DNA of 64,000 nt from Callorhinchus milii (Eukaryota), in contig NW_024704742.1 of NCBI RefSeq assembly GCF_018977255.1, positions 24,740,001 through 24,804,000 on the forward strand. Direction: 5' to 3'. Every line of letters starts with the position of its first letter. Positions within the stretch are counted from its first letter, which is position 1. The notes under the pieces are model-generated. The model was not told the DNA's origin and made no database searches. It was given only the letters and a program-made list of their open reading frames with translations. Below, in pieces: positions 27,431 through 39,523 of the stretch. Both the position numbers and the translations under genes were made by a program.

Positions 27431-30400
27431 AAGTCAGGATGGTGATTGACTTGGGAGGGGCACCAAGTGGAATAAAATACACACCCTAAAGTGGAATTAA
27501 CAGAACACGGGGAGAAAATGTGAGAGTGCATATGATCCCTTTTTAATATTTTAATATCTCTTACTGAGCTAATAAATGTAAGGATTATTAATAAGTTTGT
27601 GACAAGAATGAGCTGCACAACAGCTAAAAGATATTCAGAAGGCAGCAAAAACTAAATGGATATCAAATAGAAGGTCTATGGCTATAAATATGCCCTTTGA
27701 ATGTAATGGTGCCTAATTGCATAGCTCAGTGGAACAACTGGGTAATAAGACTATCTGGCACAGTAGACCAGTCTGCTGCTGCTGGTTTGAGTATGAGAAA
27801 CAATCCAATGCTTCACTTTACTGCTTCCTCATTCAATTTGTGGAGAGACAGACTGAATAGTAAAGCATGCCTTTACCAAGTGTCCTTGCAGACAAAATGT
27901 TTACCAGCCTAGAGGGAGGTGGGGTAAGTTTAGTCGAGGGGTAACTGTTACTGTGGAATATTAAAGCTGCAAAGATTAATGTATTTTACTGGGGTTTGTG
28001 ACATATTCCACAATCATGATCTGGTTGAACTCTCCAGACTGAAAGCTCCCATTTCTAATGCTTAAATATTTTCAAATTCCTCTTCCGCTCACTCATCTAC
28101 ACGTCTTGAATGCTCTATTTATATTTTAACACCAAACTCAGGAAGCTTGAAGCAGACTGCATAAAAACAAGTTTACTAACAGGAGAGTAAGAGAACAGAC
28201 TGAATAATAATGACTGCATTTGATATAACGTTTATAAAATGCCAACATTTCAAGGCATTTCACAGATAATTGCTGTCAGGTGTAGTGACTGTGTATTTGT
28301 AGAGAAATGTGGCAGTTAATTGCACGCAGTAAGATCCCACAGTGAATGACTAATTTATCTAAAGGATTTTTTTCTCTCTTTTTAACTATTGCCACGATAT
28401 CCTCCTGAACAGGCAGACAGGATCTTGGTTTAAAGTCTAGAACAAAAGACAGCAGCCTCCTCCCCTTCTGCATTCTATTGGAGTATGACTGACATAAATT
28501 TCCTTTTAAGTAGTAGAATTTAATCAAAGATCATCAAGGTTATACATAATCAAAATTATACATTTCATCAAATCAAATTAATGCTTACAACGGGTTAGTA
28601 AAGTTCACTGCAATGATTGATCGGTTTGTTAACGTGCGGAGATCATGTTGTTTGTAGTATACCCCTCGTTCCTCGAGATTGATTTTGTTAGGTACTCCAT
28701 TCCCAAAACTCAGCTTTTCTCTTTAAGCTCAGCTCTTCCTCCTTCGTTGAGAATTATCTTTACAATTATAACTTGTAAAGATCTACACATCAGCCTTGTA
28801 AAGATATCTGAAATTTAGCTTTACTAAAAACATCATTTTAGGAGGACTTTATCAAAATTCTAGCAGTTTGTTTCAAACAGGTCTGAGTACCACAGATTTA
28901 ACATCCATTCTGTAGCTAACAACAACATCTTATCAACATTGATGTTGAAATTTTGTGTTCTGTAAACATACTTCCACTGTCCTTGGTCTTCATGCATTCA
29001 AAGCTTTTCTGAAGCAAACATGTCCAAGAGTCTCTGCAATTTTCTTTGGTCATCTTAATTCTTAATCTTAATTCTGGGATTGCTTACACTGCTGTTGCTA
29101 CTTTACAACTGTTCCCATAAGAAACTCAGACTGACCTCTGACAAGATATAAATAACTTCCCTGTCAATGTGCCTTTTTGGTTGAATAGTGGCTTTCGGAT
29201 GAGACATTAAACCAGGATCCCGTCTGCCTGTTCAGGTGTAAAAGATCCCACGGCTTATTAAAAAGAACAGGGCATTTCTCCTGGTGCTCTGCCAAACAAT
29301 CCTCAAGATACATTAATCATAGTGGCCTTCAACAAAGAATTCGGTCATTTGCTCTTTCTTCGCTTTTTAATTTTTTTTGACGGACAGGATTAATAATTTG
29401 CATTTATGTAATGCCTTTTCATGTAAAATAAATGTCTCAAAACAAACAATTAGCAGTAAAAATGGATGTTTTTATCTCGATAAACATGCCAGGGGAAGCA
29501 ATGCATCTTTCATGTTCCCTCGATATAATATTTTTTTATGGACTTTTATGGACTTTGACATATAGCAAAAAGCATCACACCTGCGCAATGTTCAATTCTT
29601 AGTGTTTGCTTTTACAGCTATGTAACTAAGTAATATTGCTGTATTCATTGTACAGGTTATGAAAAAGAGATAGATCATTATTCTTTAAAGTTTAAACCTC
29701 CCTGCAACTACCTTTATTTCTTTCCTTTATGTTTTTCTTGTAGTGACTTTTGTCCCTTTGAACCAAACTGTTTGTCATTTGTTTTGTAGATGTGTCCCCC
29801 AAGCAATGCTATTTGTGTCTTCCTAATTTTCTCAGTGCCTTATATGTCTTCTACATATAACTAGGGTAGACTGGTTAGTATTACTTTGCTGTCTTGGCAT
29901 TCGATGCTAAGAACACACTTTAATGCAGTCCCCTTGCACATTGTGTGAGGCCCCTTGGCCTCTTTCCTCTCTGGTTTGTATTTGTGGCCATGCTTCCATT
30001 TGATTTACTATTTTTTTAAAATCCAGGTTCCTTTGGATTTTTTTCAAGCAAAGAAATGGCAGTCAAAATACATTAACTCCAGAATATTTACAACCTAACT
30101 CACAGACTTTCAGTTTCGCTACAAAACTATGAAAAGTTAAAGATAATCTATAGCCATTACGAGAACAATGTTGCATTTATAAAATGTAATTTATATAAAA
30201 GAACACCTTAAAGTGCTTAACAATGGAAGTGATGGAAACCAAGAAAAAAAATGGAAAGAATTTAGAGCTAGCCATGGTCAAATAAATAGATCTTCAAGAG
30301 GTATTTGAAAGCAGAGAAGGAAGTAGTGAGGTGAAGTAAATCTGGAAGGTTTCAAGTGAACATTGCATGGCAGAGATTAACCTTGTATTGTGGAATAAGT

Positions 30401-31788
30401 GGGGCATGAACAGTAAACTGGAGTTAGAAGAACAGAGGGTTTAAACTGGATACAGGATTAGAAATGTTTACATAAATAGAGTGAAAATGTATATGGGTTT
30501 GAAAATGAGGATATGTGTCTTTAGAAACTGATCTGATGAGTGATAGGCAGCTATTGAAGCCTGGAAAGGAGAGATTGTGGATAGTGCTGGGTTGTGCTGG
30601 ATCTTGTGCCTATAAAAGCTTGAGCCATGACATTCTAGTTCAGGACACTGTGAAGATGATGAAGGGTCAAGTCAGGGAAATCAGAGAAATAATCTATTGT
30701 AGAAGTAAAGTGTTTCTACAGTGATGTGGAAAAGTAGGAACATGAATGAGTAGTGTGCCAGATGTGGAAGAAGAAAGTACAGTAAAACTCACATAAGTCT
30801 GATCTGAATAAATTGGATAATTGCCTGAGAGAAAGTCATACATCTGACCAAGTCCTGTTCAAGAGTTTATATTCTACCAAGTTTGGCATAACTTATACTT
30901 TGCATAATTCATATTAAATGTATGATCTCAACTGATACGACTCATGTACGGTTTACTGTACCAGTGAATCAATAGATGTGGATTTGAAACTCAGATCAAG
31001 GTTAGATAAAACACCAAGGTTTGTTCAATGCTGAGCAGAGATTCAAACCCACATCTGAGAACTACTGGGTTCAGCCTGAATAGGTAAAGAGAGTGCTGAT
31101 ATGAAGCTCTAAAACGTGAAAGCTTAATCAGGACTTGGTGTCAGACTGGCCGGCAATAAGATAGAACATCAACAGACCTGGTACCGAGGGTAGCAACAGA
31201 GAGATTATAGTTGTGTTTGTCAAATATACATGTGGAAGGTGTAGATGAAGAATAGCTGAGGAATCGGAGGGAACCAAGCATAAAATTCTGGGATTGCTTC
31301 AGATTGAGAAACTTTAATATTTCATATTAAAATCTTAGGTGGCTTTCCCAAACTCAATTTTTAATAGAATTGTGGTTCTCTTTAAATCTAAAGAATATTA
31401 TAATTGCCTGCTATAATCAGTTTTGAGCTGAAATAGGGGCTTTGAATGGACATTTTAATGATTACAATAGAATCCTGTAATAAGATGGTGGGGTAAGTGA
31501 GGTAAGGATGGGGGGTGGGTGGGGGGATTCCTTAAAATTCCAGCCTGCTTTATAATAGGGCGGCCGGTCATTGCTTCTACAGAGTGATCACATATCTGGT
31601 CATGTCATGGTGCCTGTGTATAGAAAGCCATCTGGCTCTTTCAGCACGTAGCTCTTCAAGTCAAATCATCGCACATTTTGAAGCACCACAAACATTATTT
31701 GAAGCGTGATGCTGCCTGCTCACTTTCAGCACACATTTATAATTTCTCAGAATGTAAATGGTGGGTTCCACAACCCTATAAGAAAAGC

Positions 31789-32006
31789 AGACATCGCTGA
31801 GAACCATCAGCACGTCAGGCAGCATCTATGGAGAAAGCAAAGTGAGTCAACATTTCAGGTCCACGACCCTTCGTTAGAACAGGGTCGTGGACCTGAAACG
31901 TTGACTCACTTTCCTTTCTCCATAGATGCTGCCTGACCTGCTGAGTGTTCCCAACGACTTCTGTTTTTGTTTCAGATTTCCAGCATCTGCAGTATTTTGC
32001 GTTTTG
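31789..32006. mobile_element. Shorter fold-back copy of the same element
   Basis: Arms about 31807-31870 and 31881-31945 around a 10-nt loop; flanks cctataagaaaagc / cctgtaggaaaagc. Confidence 0.78.
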
Positions 32007-34064
32007 CCTGTAGGAAAAGCTTTGGTATAACAAAGCATGTTACAATATATCAATGTTATAATATAGATTCTAAAGTAATTCTCTGCTCTCTATTTGCAGG
32101 ATAGCAATTAGAAAATAGATACTCAAGCTTTGCAATATAATTGTCTAATGGTCTTAGTGTGTAAGATGCTGTTGGAGATTATTCACTGACCAATCAGAAC
32201 TTGTTACTAATCCCCAATATTGTTCCTTTCCCTGAAATCTCTTAAGAAGTCACTTATGAATTTACCTCTTGTTGTCTTCTATGAGTCTCTTCATTTTCTT
32301 CTTGTCGCCATTTTGCTGTCGCTCTGACCATTTGGCACAAGTCTGCCTCTTCTTCCAGGCCAACTTGCAATGACTCCTGCATGAAGAATGGATTTGATGT
32401 TTCTTACAAATGGTGACATGGGGGTGGGGCGGTTGAAATGGTTACATGAGTTTAACTATTCACTGATAGAAAATATCACCCTTTAACCATCCTTACTTCA
32501 ACCTTGTCTTTCAGACAAAAGGGCTTCAATTTATTGTACAAGGCAATAATTCTCCAATCCACAGCAAGTCAATGTCCATTCCACACTGTTTCAAACAGAC
32601 ATATGTATATGGTGTCTATGTCGTTCTTAAAGTGATGCATTTCCTATGTAGTTGTATTTGTGGCAAAACAGGTACTAATCTGAGCCCATTTCTATTGGAT
32701 TGATAGCAGAGACGGAACTCCACTAAACCCAAGCAAACAGCCCATGGGAATTTAGCATCTAAATTTACGGACTCCATCTGAGTGTACTCCCCAAATAACA
32801 TAACCTAAATTATCAAAATTCATGTTTTCTATTTAGACCACAGCATTTCGACCCCTGGGTGGCTGCATACACAGATGTACAAATATTCAGTTCTTTAGTC
32901 TTTGCCCTAAAATAAACACTTTTTTTATTGTAACATTGGAATGTAAAACGTAATTGCCTTCAGATTATTGCCATGGAAATTAAATGTTATATTCCATTAA
33001 ATTCACATTAATGCAATACTTAAGATGTAATTTTCCATGGTTACCATTGAGTACTTTTGGCAGTTTGTGGGACAATGCAGTGCACAAATTGGCTGCTGCT
33101 TTTGGTGACAAATTACAGTCACTGCACATTACAGTAAAATCCCATGACGCACTTTGAAAGATAACTTTCCCTATTACCCATTTTAATTCTGCTCCAAAGT
33201 ACATTTATCTAACCTGTGAATCCAATCATAAAACTATCTTACAAATCTTATACCTATCAAGATTCTAATCTTAGCAGGAGACCCCCAGATGGGGTACTTT
33301 CACTGCTTCACTGTTTTAAATTATCCTTAGTTACCGTTAAAATAATAAATGTAAAAGCCTTGCACCCAAAGTTTACTGATTTGATCTTTTCCGAGTCTTT
33401 TTATATCAATGAATGAAAACTGTAGAATAATGCCATCATGTGCTTAAGATTGGTAACTGCAAAATTCTTTGGGTTAAAGAATTTTTTCCCCACTTTATAT
33501 TGGAGGAAAGCAAATACCGTACTTCTCTTGTTGCTTGATCCACGCATTACTATGGGACCCAGGCTGCATCCATAAATCCGCAGAGCAGAGAAAACAAAAT
33601 CCTTCCACAGTACAGCAAAATTCAATAATTTGACACTTACCAAGTCGAGCATAAAGAAAAATATAACCTCAGCAAATATAAATTGAGAAGACTGAACACC
33701 ACTTCTGAAAGGACATGTACCCAAGACAGGCAAAATACTTTTTCCAGGAAAGTCTTTTTTAAATTTGTTTTTTAAACTTCAAAAGAATGAAGGCTGTGGA
33801 TAACCTACCTCATCATGGACACAACCCAATTGAATTAAAGTCCTGAGGGAAACTTCTGCCAGTAAATATTCTTTTGTTATTCCTTTCAGCCATAACAGCA
33901 CCTCGCAAATTAGAAATATTATTGGTAATAACCAAACACAACCAACCAAAGTTAAATTCTGTTTGGAAATAAAGGAAATTTTGATAGATGTCAGTTGTAC
34001 TCTCGCCCTCAACTAGAGCTCCCTCTCAACTCTTTGTAAAGCATTTGAGCCCTTCAGAAAGGAT

Positions 34065-34400
34065 TGATTTCAAGATCCTCACATTCACCTACTAATCATT
34101 TCATGCCCCAGCATCTCCTTCTCTCTCCAATCTTCTTACATCCCATTCCTAGCTGCCCCCCTTCACTCAGCCAGCTCAGACCTTCTGTGCATCCCTCGCC
34201 CTCTCTGTTCCACTGTTAACTACTGTGCTTTCAGAGACTACTCCCTGAACCTCTGGAACTCATTGCTTCAATCCCTCCAACTTGCCCACTCTTTGATCAA
34301 CTTCAAATTGCATGTGAAGTCTTTCCTCTTCAACCATGCCTAGGGTCACCTCCCCTTTCATCTCAGCAAGAAATGTGCTAGATTAAATGCAAGTTTTTTG
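34065..34400 (+). mobile_element. Older L2 LINE 3' fragment
   Basis: gattgatttcaagatcctc...ctctggaactc...ttcctcttcaaccatgcc, similar to the other L2 copies. Confidence 0.7.
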
Positions 34401-34993
34401 TGTAGATTATTTTATTGATTCAATTAATAATCCTTGCATTTGATTTAGCGCTTTATCACTTCGTTGACAAGTCTCAAGGCTCTTCTCTGGATTTGGTGCA
34501 AAGTGTATTGACTGTATTTCTAGGCCAATGCAGCAACGCATTTACACAGCAATGTACCCCCAGAGTCATAATTTTAAACAAATAATTTTATCTGGAATAT
34601 CTGTTGGCCAGGAACTGGGAGCTTTTGTTTACATGTTTTTTGTATATAAAGGTAAAGCAGAGCCAACATGAGTATATTCTTTCCCCAGATTTCTGAGATA
34701 TTCTACAAGAAAACACTGAATAAATATAGTAGAACCTCACTAATTTGGTCACTCAAGGTCTGGGTAAAAGTGACCTGCTTAGTGAGGTGATCTGATTACT
34801 GAAACGGGTCGGGTGATTCAGGTCAACTGATGTAATGTTAAGGCCATTGGTAATGGGCAAGGGGCATGAACATTCAACAACCATACTTTGCAATCTCATC
34901 ATTAAAATAAAGGCATTGTCACATTTAAAACAAAAGCTGTCATGTATTCAGCCTTCCTTTTGAGAATGCATCCAACTTGCCAAAAGTACTTAC

Positions 34994-35215
34994 CAAAAAT
35001 TGGCGGGAGGAGCTCAGGTTAGGCTGTGGTCGCCGGGCACACTGTATCCACAGTAGCAGTGTTGAAGAAACGGCGTGAGAAGCCCGAGGACTAGCGCACT
35101 GTGTACTGTACAGGTTAGTAACGGAGGGCGGGTATTTGTACCGCGTTTGTACCGGAGGAGGACACTGTAGCGACCGCAATCAATGACCGTTGGCCTGAAC
35201 AGTGAGGAGCCTGGT
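34994..35215 (-). promoter_or_regulatory. Small CpG-rich promoter-like segment with candidate first exon
   Basis: About 15 CpG in about 200 bp of CpG-poor DNA, GC box gggcggg near 35126, consensus donor G|GTAAGT at 34994/34993 on minus strand. Confidence 0.5.
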
Positions 35216-35245
35216 TTACTGAAGCAGACAGACTATCTTTTAACA

Positions 35246-35720
35246 AAATGGAAAATACTGCAGATGCTGAAAATCTGAAAATCCCAAACAAAAGTTGCTG
35301 GGAACACTCAGCAGGTCAGACAGCATCTATGGAGAAAGGAAAGTGAGTCAACGTTTTGGATCTACGACCCTTCACAAGAACTGCGGCATGTTGGAAGGGA
35401 GAGGCTTGTAAGCACCAACAGAGAGGGGGGAGGTAGGGAAGGAAGGAAGACAAAGGAGAAATGGGGTATAGGACGGGATGTTGGGTTAAAGACCTTGAAG
35501 ATTATTAATACCTCTTTAACCCATCATCCCCTGTCCTCTACCCCATTTTCTCCATTGTCTTCCTTGCCTCCCCCCTCACTGTTAGCCCTTAAAAGCCTCC
35601 CAACATGCCCCAGTTCTGACGAAGGGTCGTAGATTCGAAACGTTGACTTCACTTTCCTTTTTCCATAGATGCTGCCTGACCTGCTGAGTGTTCCCAGCGA
35701 CTTCTGTTTTTGTTTTCAGC
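35246..35720. mobile_element. Fold-back non-autonomous element, probably derived from Penelope-like pseudo-LTR
   Basis: Inverted arms about 35251-35492 and 35513-35719 around a 20-nt loop; perfect 13-bp flanking direct repeat ctatcttttaaca (35233-35245, 35721-35733); hammerhead core in arm. Confidence 0.8.
35612..35648 (+). ncRNA. Minimal type I hammerhead ribozyme motif
   Basis: AGUU-CUGACGA-A-GGGUC(GUA)GAUUC-GAAA-C-GUU^GACU; palindromic AACGUU in place of stem III. Confidence 0.65.
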
Positions 35721-37094
35721 CTATCTTTTAACATTGACAATAAAAGAGACTGTGAAAATGTGCCTGCAATTGTGAGGTGGCTGGATTACTGAGGTGACCC
35801 AAACCAGGTTTCTACTATATACATGGTTTCAAGGAGAAACTGGATAAAACATATCGAGTTTTTCTTTGTTTGCCTTCTATTTGTTCAGTTTTAAGCTGTA
35901 TTTATTTACTCATTTAAGCAATCCGAGATGCAACCCTACGTGAAGGACGCTATGTAAATGTGTCCTTCACGCATTTTACAAAACCGCATGCCTTGCTATC
36001 ACTTCCTTCCCCTGCCTTCAAAATCTATCCAAAAGCACTGCTATTGAGATTTTGGTCAATGTCTCTAAAAATATCCTTTTCTTTTTCTATTCCCACCATT
36101 GTCAGTCGCTTTGAGATGTCAGTTGTTGTACTTGATATATTTTATATGCTATGAAGCAATGCCAATGCACCAACATTGAACAAGCACAATCGTCGCCAGA
36201 AGTAATCCATCCAACAACATTTTACCGTATTGCCTTTAGATGGACTTAATCTATGACAGCTGCCTGTATTACAAAAAGGTCATATTACACTTGATGTGTG
36301 TTGCCACGGGCACAATATTAAGCATTTCCAATGCTGACTGTGTGGAACAACTGTGGCTTTGCCAAGAATTTTAGAATAGATCCATTTTCTGCACAGCACA
36401 GTTGGATTTGCACCATCATATGCTTTTAGGTTATTTAACAACTCATTCCAGCTGTTGAAACATGTTACTTACTAATTGATAATACTCCATGAATGCCCAT
36501 TAGCTATTTTTTCAGTGTAAAATTTAACGCCAAGGTCTTTCAAATTAACACGAAGTGTAACAGCCACTAAAAACACAGGTGACATCAAGAAAAACACTGC
36601 CTTGTACATACAATCTCTTTACTGCAGGCATTTGACATGCAACAGATATATTTTGTGATAACAAGCTGGTTTTTATATTTGTTTTCATCTAAACTGACAT
36701 CTCAAAGCGACAGACAACGGTGGGAACAGAAAAAGAATAGGATTTTTAAAGACATTAAGAAGGGTGGGAGACCAAAATCGCAATATTAGGAATGTACTTT
36801 TGGATAGATATTGAAGGCACGGGAAGTGGTAGCAAGGCATGTGGTTTTGTAAAAGATTTTCATAGGACAATGGCATGGTGTCTGAAAGCTCAGACATTAA
36901 TGGTGGAGCGGAAGGAGTGAGGAGCAATTAGCAGAACGGTTTCAGAAGAGTGGAGTCTATGGACCAGAAAAGAGAGCTAGGAGAGAATGCATTGTTAGGG
37001 TGGGGACAGAACATGGAGAAACAAATTGATCAGCTGAGGAGCTGCCAAGTTTCAATTGCAAATAAGAATTTACTTGAGGATACTACAGAAACGA

Positions 37095-39325
37095 TTGTGT
37101 AACAAAATAGGGCTAATCAGCAACTGGAAGTTAAGGCTCCTGTCGGACAGAGTGATCATAACATGATGGAATTTAATATTAAGTTAGAGAGTGATATAGT
37201 TGAATCCGAAGCAAGGGTCTTAAATTTAAATAAAGCCAACTTTGCAGGTATGAGAGAAGATTTGGCTAAAATAGACTGGGAAATTAGATTTAAAATTATG
37301 ACGGTAGACCAGCAATGGCAAAACGTTTAAAGATATAATACATAATTTCCAGCGAGCACATATTCCCTTGAAAAATAAAAATACCACGGGAAAAGTGGTT
37401 CAACCTTGGCTAACTAGAGAAGTTAGGGAAAGTATAAAATTCAAAGAAGAATACTGCCAAAAAGAACAATAAACCTGAGGATTGGGAGGGCTTTACAGAT
37501 CAGCAAAGGAAAACCAAGAAACTGATTAAGAGGGGAAAAATGGAATATGAGGGTAAACTAGCTAGGAACATAAAGACAGATTGTAAGAGTTTTTACAAGT
37601 ACATAAAAAGGGAGAGACTATCAAAAGTGAATGTGGGTCCATTGCAGGCAGAGAGGAGAAATTATAACGGGGAATAAAGAAATGGCAGAGTCATTAAACA
37701 AATAGTTTGCTTCTGTCTTTACGTTCGAGGACACTGAAAACTCACCGAAAATGGAGGGGAACTTGGAGTCTAACATTAGAGAGGAACTTAAAGAAATGAA
37801 AATCAATAAAGCAATAGTAGTAAAAAAAAATTGATAGGATTAAAAAATGATAAATCCCTTGAACCTGATGGCCTGAATCCTAGGGTTTTAAAAGAGGTGG
37901 CTGCAGAGATAGTGGATGCTTTGTTCTTGATCTTCCAAAATTCCCTGGATTCTGGAAAGGTTCCCAGTCATTGGAAGGTTGCAAACATAACGCCGCTATT
38001 TAAGAAGGGTACTTAAGAAGGGTGGGAGACAAAAAATGGGGAACCAATTAGTCTGACATCAGTGGTAGGGAAAATTCTAGAGTTGTTATTTAGGGACGTT
38101 GTCGTGACGTACTTAGAAAATCATAACATGATTAGGCAGTCAACATGCATTTACGAAAGGGAAATCATGTTTAACAAATCTTTTAGAGTTTATTGAAGAT
38201 GTAATTAGCAGGTTAGATAGGGGGGAACCAGTAGATGTGGTGTATTTGGATTTCCAGAAGGCATTCGACAAGGTGTCAGATAAAAGGCTGTTGCATAAGA
38301 TTAGAGCCCATGGAATTAAAGGTAATATATTAACATGGATTAGAGAGTGGCTAACAGGAAGAAAACAGAGTAGGGATGAACGGGTCTTTCTCAGATTGGC
38401 AGGATGTGAGTAGTGGAGTGGCACAGGATCAGTGCTTGGGCCTCAATTATTTACAGTCTATATCAATTATTTAGATGAGGAAATAGAACTTAACATATCT
38501 AAATTCGCAGGCGATACGAAACTAGGTGGGAGAGTAAGCTGTGAGGATGACACAAGAAGAATGCAAAGGGAAATAGACAGGCTAGGTGAGTGGGCAAGAA
38601 GGTGGCAGATGAAGTATAATGTGGGGAAGTGTGAAGTTATTCACCTAGGTAGTAAAAATAGAAAAGCAGATTATTTTCTAGAGAGGGAGAGACTAGGTAG
38701 TGTTAGTATTCAGAAAGATTTGCCATGTTGGTATTCATTGCAAAAGGGTTAGAGTAAAAGAGTAGGGAGTCTCGCTGCAGTTGTATAAGGCCTTGGTGAG
38801 ACCGCACCTAGAATATTGTGTGCAGTTTTGGTCTCCTTATTTAAGAAAGGATATATTCACCTAGAGAGAGTGCAGCCTAGATTCACTAGGTTGGTTCCTG
38901 GGATGAGGTGGTTGACCTATGAGGATAGGTTGAGTAAACTAGGCCTATATTCTCTAGAATACAGAAGAATTAGAGGTGATCTTATAGAAACCTATAAGAT
39001 TCTTAGGGTCTTGACAGGGTAGGTGCTGTGAGACTGTTTCCCCTGGTTGGAGAATCTAGGTGTCATAGTCTCAAGATTAAGGGTCAGCCCTATCGAACTG
39101 AGTTGAGGAAACATTTCTTCACTCAGAATTTGTGGAATCCTCTACACCAGAAGGCTGTAGATGCATATTCAAGACTGAGGTTAATAGATTTCTAAAGGAT
39201 TGAGGGATTAAGGGACATGGAGATAGGGCGGGTAAATGGAATTCGGTTAAAAGATCAGCCATTATCTTATCAAATGGCAGGGCAGGCTCAAGGGGCCGAA
39301 TGCTCCAAGTCTTATGGTCTTATGA
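37095..39325 (+). mobile_element. 5'-truncated, inactivated CR1 LINE (end of endonuclease, RT, 3' tail)
   Basis: SDHN, PDGLNPRVLKE, WKVANITPLFKKG, YLDFQKAFDKV, SKFAGDTKL (catalytic DD lost), LGLYSLEYRRIRGDLIETYKI across frameshifts and stops; tail ending tcttatggtcttatg. Confidence 0.93.
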
Positions 39326-39523
39326 TATGCATCAACTGAAGATGAGCAAAACACAAGTAGAATTTCAGTTAAAAAAGCGTCTTTGTTTATATTTCAATAG
39401 AATTACAAATAATTCAGGCCTAAATCAAGTTAGCTACACACTCTTGTTGAAGTTGGAATAACACTCTGTTTCACATAAGTTCATTTTGGAGTGCATACAT
39501 ATCAGTCTGGATTGTTAGTGATT

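Larger units (their letters stand above)
21908..33901 (-). pseudogene. Candidate decayed multi-exon gene, possibly with Sfi1-like Trp repeats
   Basis: Splice-flanked coding-like segments at 33809-33901, 32497-32585, 32266-32376, 24774-25124, 23586-23844 and 21908-22119; several contain in-frame stops. Confidence 0.4.

Noticed and set aside
28970..29055. DDQRKLQRLLD as a reverse-transcriptase motif
   Set aside because: No Y/F-A before DD and no other RT motifs nearby
32497..32585. In-frame TGA as selenocysteine
   Set aside because: Neighbouring candidate exons also have TAA and TAG stops and no SECIS was recognised; decay is the simpler reading
37831..39022. CR1 ORFs as an active reverse transcriptase
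   Set aside because: Multiple frameshifts and stops, FADD changed to FAGD, 5' truncated
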